From assembly GCA_031422435.1 (NCBI GenBank), contig JANPLU010000114.1, forward strand, positions 1-29,333: a stretch of DNA of 29,333 bases, written 5' to 3'. Made by a program: the position numbers and the translations under genes. The notes under the pieces are model-generated. The model had not been told where the DNA came from. It worked only from the letters and a program-made list of their open reading frames with translations, and did no database searches. This document shows, piece after piece, positions 21,401 through 28,930 of the stretch. Source of the DNA: Acaryochloridaceae cyanobacterium VAR_48_metabat_390. Lineage in GTDB: Bacteria; Cyanobacteriota; Cyanobacteriia; Thermosynechococcales; Thermosynechococcaceae. The first letter of the stretch is position 1; every line of letters begins with the position of its first letter.

Positions 21401-23723
21401 TAGGCGCAGAGGCACGATCCACAAGAATTTGGCGTCCATCCCAACGAATCTGGGTTGTCAGCGGATCTTGCAGAACCGAAAGCCCTTTTGAGAACAGCAA
21501 AGCTCCCTTCGCACGGGCGGTTTGGGCACTGAAGCCCGATAGCGCCCCTGTGATGGCAAGCTGACCGGAGAGTGCGCCTTTGAGGTCGGCAGAGTAGCCG
21601 GTCAGATCAATTCCAGGCAGCACCGCGTTCAGGTCAACCTGGCCGTCAGCGATAAGGCCACTAATCTGAACACTGCCGCCCTTCACTTGAGCTACTACGT
21701 CCTGTAAGGTCGTTCTGCCTTGACGGATGACGGCTCGCCCAACGGTTGGGTATACGCCCCCAGGAGCCTGAAACTGCACGGTCGTCTCAATATCGCTGAC
21801 AGGGCCTGCAACTAATGCACTGCCGCCCACTAGCCCAATAGCAAAACCAGGAGATGCCTGATAGAGCTTGGCGATCGCATCTCCTGATAGCCCGCTGGCC
21901 TGAAACTGTGCGCTCAAAACGCTTTGGTTCGGCTCTGGCTGAATTTGCAGCGTCGCAACCCCTATGATATTGCCCCCGTCAGTGGGCGTTGCGGCAATAT
22001 CTGAAACGGTGAGTAAAGACGGCACCAGCTTAAACTGTGCCGAGGCGGTCTGCATTGGAACTCGGTCCAGGGTCACGATGCCAATATTCTGGACGCTGCC
22101 CGTGAGGACAGGCTGGGCGATCGCACCCCCCACCCGAATGTCACTGGACTGAACCTGACCCGCCACCGGAAAGGGCAGCGCACCCACTTTAAGGGTTTGA
22201 AGGGCAGTATTCACCTCAATGGGTTCGGTCTGCGCCACAAGGTCATAGCCGCGATCTGGATCGATGGAACCCCGCGCCCTGACTGGAATTGCGCCATAGC
22301 GGGTAGTAACGCCTTCTAGCGTCGCCGTTAACCCCCTGAGGCGAACGATGCCGTTTGTATCTAGAAACGGCTGAGGTACCCCCGGCACCGCAGCATCCAC
22401 GCGACTCAACGACGCAATGCCCTGAAGGAAAGGGCGCTCGTTTTTCTGAAGCCGCACCCCAATGTTGCCGCCCACGCGCCCCGCGCTTACTCTAATGGGT
22501 AGTTGATAGGCTTGGTCAAAGAGAGCTGCCGGAACGTTTTGAGCCTGAATCAGCAGATTGGCGCTCTCTAAGGGGAGACGAACATTCCCTTTGACGGCGG
22601 CATTTCCCCCGGCGGCTAGGGCACCTTTGAGGTCGAGCTGCATAATTTGAGAAGCGCCCAAAAACTTAAGGGTGCCGCTAATATTCCGCGCCGTTTGGCG
22701 GTTACTCCGACCATTCGCCAAAATCAGCTTTTCTGGAATCTGACCTTCTGCGCCTTGAATAAAGGCGTTGCCCTGTACGATCGGCTGCTGATTGGATGGC
22801 ACAGAAACCAGCACGTCTAGATCAATCTGGGCGGCTTTTCCAGCAATAAACTGCTCTGTCCACGCCCCCTGCGCCTGCCGCAGTTTACCTTTACCGCCCA
22901 GACGCCAAGGCTGCTGCGGGGCGTAAGCTAACTGAAGCTGACCATCAAACTGCCCCCCACTGACGAGTACTGGACTCGGCGGCAACAGCGGCAGGAGTGG
23001 CGCTATCGTAAGCTGCTGGGTTTGAGCCGTAAGGTCTAGCGCTTGCTGGGGTGGCCTCCAACTGCCATTGAGCGCTACGCGCCCCCCAGAGTCAATTTCA
23101 GCGGTGCTGCGAAAATCAATATTTTTGTTATTGTTCTTAAACTGCACCACCCCGCTGCTGCGCTGCAAAATTCGAGGTGCGCCAACGGTCGGCGCTAGGG
23201 TAACGGTTGCGTTTGAGGTCTGAATGGAGAGAAGCTGAATTTTAATGCCGCCAGACTCAGATAAGGGGCTGAGGGTGGTGCCAATCCAGCGGTTATCGGG
23301 CGCCTGATCGAGATAGACCGTGGGACGATTCAGAGTTAAATCAAGTCCCAGCCTTTGATTGAACAAAACCGTCCAGAGATTAAAGCGAACCACCACGGAT
23401 TCTGCTGTGGCCTGATCTCGATCTAGGATATTCTTACCATTGAGCCGAGTGGGGTGAGGCGGAATGGTTGATCGCCCATACTCAATCTCGGTTAAGGAGT
23501 AGCGCTTTAGTGGCCCAAGTTTGACAGGTCTGTTGAGCAGCTTCATGAGGTTTAGCTCAAGCAGCGGAGCCAACTCATTTTCTACAAAAATGAGTCCACG
23601 CCATGCCGCTGTTCCAAAAAGACCACCCAGAATAAATAGACTCCAGAGTACAGGAGGGCTGAACAGCGCCAGCCCTAGCTTTTTGGGTCCCCGTGGAGAC
23701 GGATCTGGAGAAGAATAAGACAT
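18456..23723 (-). CDS. tamB: Translocation/assembly module TamB (DUF748/DUF490) protein
   Basis: 1755 aa, N-terminal TM anchor, long beta-rich repeats, C-terminal LDP.L, LSSTP.R...EI.ALL, EYRLRF. Confidence 0.88.
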   Translation of the reverse strand: MSYSSPDPSPRGPKKLGLALFSPPVLWSLFILGGLFGTAAWRGLIFVENELAPLLELNLMKLLNRPVKLGPLKRYSLTEIEYGRSTIPPHPTRLNGKNILDRDQATAESVVVRFNLWTVLFNQRLGLDLTLNRPTVYLDQAPDNRWIGTTLSPLSESGGIKIQLLSIQTSNATVTLAPTVGAPRILQRSSGVVQFKNNNKNIDFRSTAEIDSGGRVALNGSWRPPQQALDLTAQTQQLTIAPLLPLLPPSPVLVSGGQFDGQLQLAYAPQQPWRLGGKGKLRQAQGAWTEQFIAGKAAQIDLDVLVSVPSNQQPIVQGNAFIQGAEGQIPEKLILANGRSNRQTARNISGTLKFLGASQIMQLDLKGALAAGGNAAVKGNVRLPLESANLLIQAQNVPAALFDQAYQLPIRVSAGRVGGNIGVRLQKNERPFLQGIASLSRVDAAVPGVPQPFLDTNGIVRLRGLTATLEGVTTRYGAIPVRARGSIDPDRGYDLVAQTEPIEVNTALQTLKVGALPFPVAGQVQSSDIRVGGAIAQPVLTGSVQNIGIVTLDRVPMQTASAQFKLVPSLLTVSDIAATPTDGGNIIGVATLQIQPEPNQSVLSAQFQASGLSGDAIAKLYQASPGFAIGLVGGSALVAGPVSDIETTVQFQAPGGVYPTVGRAVIRQGRTTLQDVVAQVKGGSVQISGLIADGQVDLNAVLPGIDLTGYSADLKGALSGQLAITGALSGFSAQTARAKGALLFSKGLSVLQDPLTTQIRWDGRQILVDRASAPNFEARGVVGAILQGPQAPQITTLNLDVVAQGFELNRLAAPQLSQNPLHGLADLNGRLTGTLSAPVLTSRIEVSTLKVSNLAFEPLMVGRFNFDAVQGLDLNLGGTRDRIQVALDAKQRPIAIDIRRDTASIVGQRTTPNIFGLVLKDVPLMALNEFPQISQNIGSVSGNASATLALNLQTLDADGAFVVEQPGLGRVGYGRFVGDRLTGQIRYAKGVATLTQARLVQGENQYQLDATLSNFANPQVSGRLLIAQAQIEDLIAVGQSLGSSLGAIDPASPNLGRAGNVQTEPVNLSEIPLWQQFQRLAEVDALLAQLKQKQAGNGVALPNWEKLKGRIAGEVRFAGSLKTGLNGSFDLAGQNWDLDPYRLDQVIAKGSITPSGITVEPLSITSGESMASFVGRVGGGDRQSGQLTVTQVPVESIADLLDLPVNVTGKLNGTATLAGQWDNPSLQGQFSIDQGVINRANVQNAFTQFSYKDARLAFNSTANIDSPEPIQIQGNVPYALPFSSVKPSDNQVNISMAVKDQGLALVNLFSDQVSWVDGKGSLNLQVRGTLDKPLLRGNLALQDATLRSPTFPEPLTNVNGSVRFNSDRLNVPELIGRYNKGQLIVKGSIPIFDEKLPVETPLSVLLNNTALSVKGLYKGQVNGDLNVIGSVFRPVIKGFVALDNGEVLLAAASAAQSSATGQTDTSTSGGGAASAAFQGLQVRLGENIRILQPPVLSFIATGQVDLNGSVDAPRPSGIVRFKKGNVYLFTTQFRVDERKDNYAQFTPAYGLDPLLNLSLRTTVTEVAAGRKTNLNEFADVQAGTLGSIESVRVRANIQGRASQLNTRFSDILELSSTPGRTQNEILALLSGGITQSLEAGDAQGAIVNFASSAVFNRFQSIVDDVLGSRASFRLFPLLTPIKDNNSNTGSTLNLGAEFGYDVTDRLSVSVLQIVTAPNELPQLNLSYDFTDQLRLRSSVNFQGDALGILEYRLRF

Positions 23724-24153
23724 GACACGCTCTGGTTAAGACAGCGGTGGCCTATGGAGCGATTGCTCTAAGCAGTAACGATAGAGAAGTGAAGAGTAGA
23801 AGCGATCGCCAGATAGGAGTGAGGAGTCGTATTCAGGGCTTGCACAGCACTTTAACAAATTTAATTCTGTATATTCTCACAGGACGGCGACAACCTGTTC
23901 AAAGTGCCGACTAAAACGGCGCTTTGAATTGCCACAGCAAGGCCAATATGAAACAATTTTGAACGAGTGCCGCTACCCTCTCTTAATATTGGGACATAAT
24001 TCTGTGAGAACATCTACCTATTGACAGACCTTGCGAGGTCTATCAAGGTCGTGCCCAAGCGTCAAGGTGAACGCAGGACTGGGGTGCAGGGCGCAGCAGC
24101 AAAGGCAACAGTAAAGTTTTAATTTTCAGTTTTTGATTTCCATAAGGGTGGCT

Positions 24154-24549
24154 ATGCGAGTATATGTACTTCTGTTTAACGTAGGCACTGATAATGAAGG
24201 CATTCACACCCTTAAGCTGAAGCAGCCCGAAACAGAAGATGACTACCAAGATGTGGTGCTGGCCTTTGAGGAAGAGGATGATGCGACCCGCTTTGCGGTG
24301 CTGCTAGAAGCCCAGGATTTTCCAGAGCCTGCCGTGGAAGGCATTGACACCGAAGAGCTTGAAGAGTTTTGCGAAAGTTCTGGCCTAGGACTGCAATATG
24401 TCTCTGAAGGGATGCTGGCAGTGCCTCCTTCCTCTAATGTGGATGAAACCGATTGGCAGGAGGAGGGGGCAGTGCCGAGAGCAGAAGAGCCAGAACCCGC
24501 AATGGCTGACCTAGATGAAATTAAGCGACGCCTGGAGCGGTTGCTGTAG
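24154..24549 (+). CDS. DUF3110 family protein
   Basis: MRVYVLLFN..TDNEGIHT, FEEEDDA.RFA.LLEAQDF, PP..N, RRLERLL. Confidence 0.88.
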   Translation: MRVYVLLFNVGTDNEGIHTLKLKQPETEDDYQDVVLAFEEEDDATRFAVLLEAQDFPEPAVEGIDTEELEEFCESSGLGLQYVSEGMLAVPPSSNVDETDWQEEGAVPRAEEPEPAMADLDEIKRRLERLL

Positions 24550-24707
24550 CTTGTGTTTAGGGGTTGACGTTTAGGCAAGAAGCTTTTGCGGTGATGATAC
24601 AATCACGGCAGGTTCAGTCATTTTTGGCAGAGGCGATCGCGTTTTGCCAAAATGTTTGGGTGTGAGTAGGGACGTGTCGACGTTGGGGTTTTCCCCACAT
24701 TGACTCA

Positions 24708-26213
24708 ATGGCTGGATATTTTCTGATCCTTGCGATCATTATTTTGGGTGGTGTGATCGCGACGGTGGGCGATCGCATTGGTAGCCGCGTGGGCAAAGCG
24801 CGGTTAAGCCTGTTTAACATGCGCCCCAAAAAAACGGCAGTGCTGGTCACTATTTTGACGGGCAGCATTACGGCAGCGTCTACCCTTGGATTAATGCTTG
24901 CCGCTAATAGAGAGCTAAGGGACATTGTGTTTCGCACTGATGCGATTATTCGCCAAAATCGCAAGGTGAATCAAGAGCTTGACCAGGCGCTGTCTCAAAA
25001 GTCTCAAATTCAGACCGAACTATCGGTATCAAGAGCAGATTTGACGGAGGCGGTACGGCGACTGCGGAACGTCAATGACTCACTTAAGTTTTCGGTTCAG
25101 CGGCAAAAGGTGAGTGAGGCGAAGCTGAAACAGCTCCGCTCTCGCTATGATTTAGCGCAGGCTAATCTGCTTCGGTTTGGTAAGCAGGCAACGACGTTGC
25201 GATCGCAGATTGGACAGCTTTCTACGCAACGGCAGCAGTTGGTAGCGCAGCGCAATCAAATCCAAGCCCGTCTAAGAGATGCCAATAGCCAAAAACAGGC
25301 GCTAGAGTCTGCGGCCAGAACGGCTCAACAGCGCATCCAGAGCGTTGAGCAGCAGATTACCCAAGCGCGACAGCAGCTCCAGTCTGCGGTGGCGCAGCAG
25401 GCTAGTCTTCAGCGATCGGTTTCTGAAGCACAGGTGCAGCTCCAAAAGGCCACTAATGAGCAAAATACCCTGCGTCAACAGCGGCAGTCTCTAGAACGCG
25501 AAATTGCTGCATTAGACGAAAATCGGCAGCGACTGTCAGAAAATCTACGGGTGCTGCTCTTGGGCTTACGCCGAGGAAATGTCACGATTCGAGCAGGTCA
25601 AATTTTGGCGGTTGGGGTGGTTCAGAATATCCGTGATCCTAATCAGGCTTTACAGGCTATTAATACCCTTCGGCTTCAGGCACGACGCACCGCTATTATT
25701 TTGACCAATCCTCGCAATTTATCGCCCGACCAGCGGGTGGTTGAAATGGCGAAAGAAGATGTAGAGGGACTCATCAAGCAGGTCAGCGATGGAAAAACCT
25801 ACGTCGTCAGAATTTTATCGGCTTTAAACTATTTAGAGGGCGAAAGTCAGGTAATTGCAGTGCCCCAGGTTGCGCTAAACAATGAGATTTTTCCCCAGGA
25901 AGCGGTTATTTCTACCCTCACGCTTACCCCATCTACCCTTACGGACGAGCAAATTTTAGCCCGAATTAATGCGCTTTTTAGTGCCGCAAACCGTCGAGCT
26001 ATTGAGTCAGGCGTGCTGCCCGATCCGGTAACTGGGACGGTGGGATCTTTTCGCCAAATTGATTTATTCCGGTTTGTGTTAGCACTTAAGGAACAAAATA
26101 ATGATGCCCCCGTTGAAATTCAGGCGGTTACTGCTGCTAAGGTTTTTAGCTCAGGACCACTGACGCTCAATTTAGTGGCGGTGCAAAATGGCAGGCAGAT
26201 TTTAAGGAGCTGA
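24708..26213 (+). CDS. DUF3084 family coiled-coil membrane protein
   Basis: LGGVIATVGDRIGSRVGKARLSLF..RPK.TA N-terminus and long heptad region. Confidence 0.88.
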   Translation: MAGYFLILAIIILGGVIATVGDRIGSRVGKARLSLFNMRPKKTAVLVTILTGSITAASTLGLMLAANRELRDIVFRTDAIIRQNRKVNQELDQALSQKSQIQTELSVSRADLTEAVRRLRNVNDSLKFSVQRQKVSEAKLKQLRSRYDLAQANLLRFGKQATTLRSQIGQLSTQRQQLVAQRNQIQARLRDANSQKQALESAARTAQQRIQSVEQQITQARQQLQSAVAQQASLQRSVSEAQVQLQKATNEQNTLRQQRQSLEREIAALDENRQRLSENLRVLLLGLRRGNVTIRAGQILAVGVVQNIRDPNQALQAINTLRLQARRTAIILTNPRNLSPDQRVVEMAKEDVEGLIKQVSDGKTYVVRILSALNYLEGESQVIAVPQVALNNEIFPQEAVISTLTLTPSTLTDEQILARINALFSAANRRAIESGVLPDPVTGTVGSFRQIDLFRFVLALKEQNNDAPVEIQAVTAAKVFSSGPLTLNLVAVQNGRQILRS

Positions 26214-26348
26214 CACCTTAATGTGGCAACAAAAAGAACAAGATGGAATGCTCTATGGTGGGCTGATCTCTATATCGCTGCCCCAAAGACAGTAGAGAAG
26301 ACCAAGCTGATTAGATTCGCTCTAAAATTATCCTGACTTGTATAGGTT

Positions 26349-26550
26349 GTTCAGAACCTTCAAAAATAATAATGTATGCCGTTCTGGAGGTTGGTTTTGG
26401 GCACGAAACCTATGCCCTGAAACTAGACTGATAGCGGGGTTCACATTGTCAACCCATACTACGATTACTTTCTTATATGCGATGGAAGTAATGCTTAAGA
26501 TGAATGGCATCACGCATTTATTCTAGAAAACTTCTAGAGTGGTTATTAAT
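26349..26550 (-). pseudogene. intI: Decayed integron integrase (IntI) N-terminal SAM-like domain
   Basis: Minus-strand manual translation INNHSRSFLE*MRDAIHLKHYFHRI*ESN, then +1 frameshift VVWVDNV...AQNQ...TLLFLKVL. This resembles the IntI N-terminus (…PRKLLEQVRDAIRLKHYSYRTEE.YV.W…V..NV..STQNQA..ALLFLY..VL). Two in-frame stops; start codon appears decayed to ATT. Confidence 0.78.
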
Positions 26551-26621
26551 AAGAATGAATGGGCGATGCATAGGTAAAGAAGAGTTGATGATTTGGGAGT
26601 ATTATGTTAACTTTCCTAAAT

Positions 26622-26797
26622 TTAGACTGCAAAATCCTGTCTAACCACCCAAAACCAAGCTACTTTAAAACAATTGCTGTCTAACTACTCAATTCGGGGT
26701 GTTAAACTGCAAATATTTTGCCTAACATGCTAAATTCGGCAGATTAGGCTGCAAATATCAGTCTAATTATAGTTAGACTGATATTTGCAGCCTAATC
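26622..26797. repeat. Four ~41-bp spaced degenerate repeats bearing GTCTAAC/GCCTAAC boxes, ending in a 56-bp palindrome
   Basis: GTCTAAC 26639, GTCTAAC 26679, GCCTAAC 26720, GTCTAAT 26761; TTARRCTGCAAA at 26622, 26702, 26744; perfect 25-bp inverted arms 26742-26766 and 26773-26797. Confidence 0.85.
26761..26778 (+). other. Putative integron attI recombination site
   Basis: GTCTAAT-TATA-GTTAGAC: inverse-core-like box plus GTTRRRY core, located between the divergent intI remnant and the first cassette ORF. Confidence 0.6.
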
Positions 26798-26822
26798 AGG
26801 AACAGTTATCAAATGTCAACCA

Positions 26823-27371
26823 ATGAAAAATCATTCTTTACTTATTTTCCTGGGTAGCTTATTACTTCAGCTTTTCTTGCCATCTTTTGTTTTTGCTACT
26901 AATACTATTCGCTATAAAGGTTTCACAATAGTTAGGGAGAGTACACCAAAAACAACTACTTCTACTACCTTTGTTGACTTACCTGGAGCCACGGGTACAA
27001 TTCACGTAATGACAAGGGAACCATCTCTATTAATAGTCCGCTTCTCTGGAAATAGTTCTTGTGCTAAAGAATTAACATTTGATAAAGTACAAACATCAAG
27101 TGCTGGAGGATTTTGTTTACTAAAAATTCTTGTTAATGGTCAGAGTATTCAACCTAGAGACTCTCGATTTGATAGTACAGAATCAATTGGTTCTTCAGTT
27201 GATAGATCTTATCACAATGTTTCTATCGATAGAGCGAGTATTCTTCGCCCTGGCTACCATACTGTGAGGGTTGTATGGGCAGTAGTCAATGCATTTCCAC
27301 CTTCAACAAAGCCCCCTATATTTACTCTCGATAGTTGGAGTCTAACTCTTCAAGAAGTGTTTCCAGAATGA
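26823..27371 (+). CDS. Low-GC secreted hypothetical protein (beta-rich, possible C1q/TNF-like jelly roll); putative gene cassette 1
   Basis: Signal peptide (LLIFLGSLLLQLFLPSFVFA), two Cys, alternating beta patterns; visibly more AT-rich than core genes. Confidence 0.75.
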   Translation: MKNHSLLIFLGSLLLQLFLPSFVFATNTIRYKGFTIVRESTPKTTTSTTFVDLPGATGTIHVMTREPSLLIVRFSGNSSCAKELTFDKVQTSSAGGFCLLKILVNGQSIQPRDSRFDSTESIGSSVDRSYHNVSIDRASILRPGYHTVRVVWAVVNAFPPSTKPPIFTLDSWSLTLQEVFPE

Positions 27372-27581
27372 AAAGTAAATCTCTTTTTAGCTAATTTCAT
27401 CTGTATGGCTTAAGATAGACCTACTTCTGATCTAAGTTTTGTTGCTGAGTTTAAGTAGTACATTTTTAAAACTTTATTTGTAAATTTTTGTTGTTGTGGC
27501 GGGGTAATCGCAACAAAAAGTAGCAGAAATATTTTGGCTCTGGCGGTACAATATTTTGGGTTAAGGTTGCTGTACTGACGG

Positions 27582-27674
27582 ATCTAACTGCTCAGTGCAC
27601 CAGACGCACGGATGATCACTGTGGGTTTGCTTCAAAGTGCATCGCGTCCGCCGATAAGCTCGATAACGTTAGAC
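27582..27674 (+). other. attC-like site 1 (degenerate)
   Basis: ATCTAAC (RYYYAAC) 27582 ... GTTAGAC (GTTRRRY) 27668; 93 bp; internal complementary stems GACGC/GCGTC, GATG/CATC, CACT/AGTG. Confidence 0.7.
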
Positions 27675-27938
27675 TTCGCCAGCAGTTTTTAGTAACTGTA
27701 TGTTAGGTTAACATTAGCAAACCCACTGCCAGACAATCAGCCGAGACAATCGCTTCACCCTGCAACAATTTACCTAAGCATGAGCCTTTCATTCGCTTAT
27801 GTGATCGCCGCCTCAGCTTATAATGTGCCAAGGCGGTGATCGTTTTTTTCAAGATTTTGGGGTTGCTGAAGGGGGCGATTTTAGATTGAAGGTTGGTTTA
27901 AAAGAACGATTGAGTTGGCTTAAATTGGCGATCGCATT
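27669..27938 (+). repeat. ~270-bp non-coding direct repeat, copy 1
   Basis: Aligns by eye end to end with 28925-29196; begins TTAGACTTCGCCAGCAGTTTTTAGTAA, ends GGCGATCGCATT. Confidence 0.92.
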
Positions 27939-27969
27939 TATGTACGTGTGTGATTGACCAGAGAAAACA

Positions 27970-28137
27970 TTAGCGTGAACGCAGCCAATTATCCAGATCC
28001 GCAGCACTAGAAAAATCGAGTAACGCTTCGCCCAGTAACTCTAAATGCTCAAGGGAGAGACATTCAACCTGCGATGTCAGGGTTGGAGATATTTGACCGA
28101 CGCGGCGAGTGAGCTGGCGGATGATGAGCGATCTCGG
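27970..28137 (-). pseudogene. DUF4351 domain fragment (C-terminal domain of Rpn/PD-(D/E)XK-type proteins)
   Basis: Manual translation PRSLIIRQLTRRVGQISPTLTSQVECLSLEHLELLGEALLDFSSAADLDNWLRSR*; preceded by in-frame TGA, no start codon at its 5' end. Confidence 0.82.
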
Positions 28138-28277
28138 TCATTTTGAAATCATTCCCGTCAGAACTTCGGCAGAGGCTGCTCAACGTATTGCGGATAAGCT
28201 CTAGAGATATTCTCTGGCTGCGGGCAGAAAGAGGTTTAGGTATAGTGTTAGGTAGATATTTTTCCCGATAGCGTTTT

Positions 28278-28502
28278 ATGAACTACCAAGACATTATTAC
28301 GATCGAGCCTGGGAAGCGCAGTGGCAAGCCATGTATTCGAGGACTGCGAATCACTGTGTACGATATCTTGGAATATCTAGCAGGTGGGATGACTGAGGCA
28401 GAAATTCTAGAAGATTTCTCTGAACTCACCTCCGAAGATATCAAAGCTTGTCTTGCTTTTGCGGCAGATCGTGAGAAGAAGTTGTTTGTGGCCTCGCTGT
28501 GA
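28278..28502 (+). CDS. DUF433 family antitoxin (VapB45-like)
   Basis: ITIEPGKRSGKPCIRGLRITVYDIL..LA.G....EIL.DF..L..EDI.ACL.FAA. Confidence 0.93.
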   Translation: MNYQDIITIEPGKRSGKPCIRGLRITVYDILEYLAGGMTEAEILEDFSELTSEDIKACLAFAADREKKLFVASL

Positions 28503-28831
28503 AACTGCTTTTGGATGAAAATCTCTCAGACCGGATTGTGTACCGGATTATCGATTTATATCCTGAATCTGAGCATGTCAAAACCTTGGCACTGACAAAC
28601 ACTGATGACGGCATCATTTGGGAATACGCAAAAGCAAGTGGTTTTGTGATTGTTTCAAAAGATTCTGATTTTCATCAGCGTAGTTTGCTGTATGGCCATC
28701 CGCCTAAGTTTATCTATCTTCAGGTTGGTAATTGTCCAACATCAAAAATTGTTCAGATTTTAAGAGACAATCTTGAAACGATTATTCAGTTTGGAGATCG
28801 AGAATCAGAAAGTATATTAGTGTTGACGTAG
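28499..28831 (+). CDS. DUF5615 family PIN-like toxin (VapC45-like)
   Basis: MKLLLDENLS, D..IW.YA, IVSKDSDF, GHPPK.I.L..GN; GTGA overlap with the antitoxin. Confidence 0.92.
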   Translation: MKLLLDENLSDRIVYRIIDLYPESEHVKTLALTNTDDGIIWEYAKASGFVIVSKDSDFHQRSLLYGHPPKFIYLQVGNCPTSKIVQILRDNLETIIQFGDRESESILVLT

Positions 28832-28843
28832 TGTGAAACCGTC

Positions 28844-28930
28844 GCATAACAGCCCCAATGCAGCGCACAAACAGAATCTTCGCGCCTCGTTTCAAGTTTT
28901 CTCGTCGTCACTGATCGGGAACGATTAGAC
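28844..28930 (+). other. attC-like site 2
   Basis: GCATAAC 12 nt after the toxin stop; CCCAATGCAG pairs with CTGATCGGG leaving an extrahelical G; ends GATTAGAC (core with an extra A); 87 bp. Confidence 0.72.

Noticed and set aside
18617..23718. Alternate-frame and antisense ORFs inside tamB (and similar ones inside other genes)
   Set aside because: Shadow ORFs of long, well-supported genes; no motifs.
24047..24112. GC-rich intergenic stretch as SRP RNA or other ncRNA
   Set aside because: Lacks the SRP CAGG..GGAA..AGCAG core on either strand; no convincing fold.
26328..26526. 61-aa and 62-aa ORFs as real genes
   Set aside because: The minus ORF is one frame of the decayed intI; the plus ORF is its antisense shadow.
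26622..26797. Possible CRISPR array from the ~41-bp periodic repeats
   Set aside because: Period too short, repeats degenerate, one inverted, no cas genes; boxes match integron core sites instead.
27485..27519. Hairpin downstream of the 182-aa gene as a terminator
   Set aside because: Stem is AT/GU-rich and lacks a clear U tract on the plus strand; too weak to call.
28139..28204. Short plus-strand frame HFEIIPVRTSAEAAQRIADKL* as a gene remnant
   Set aside because: Protein-like, but too short to assign to any family by eye.
28247..28253. GTTAGGT upstream of the antitoxin as another attC core
   Set aside because: No matching inverse core or stem found upstream; a 7-mer match can occur by chance.
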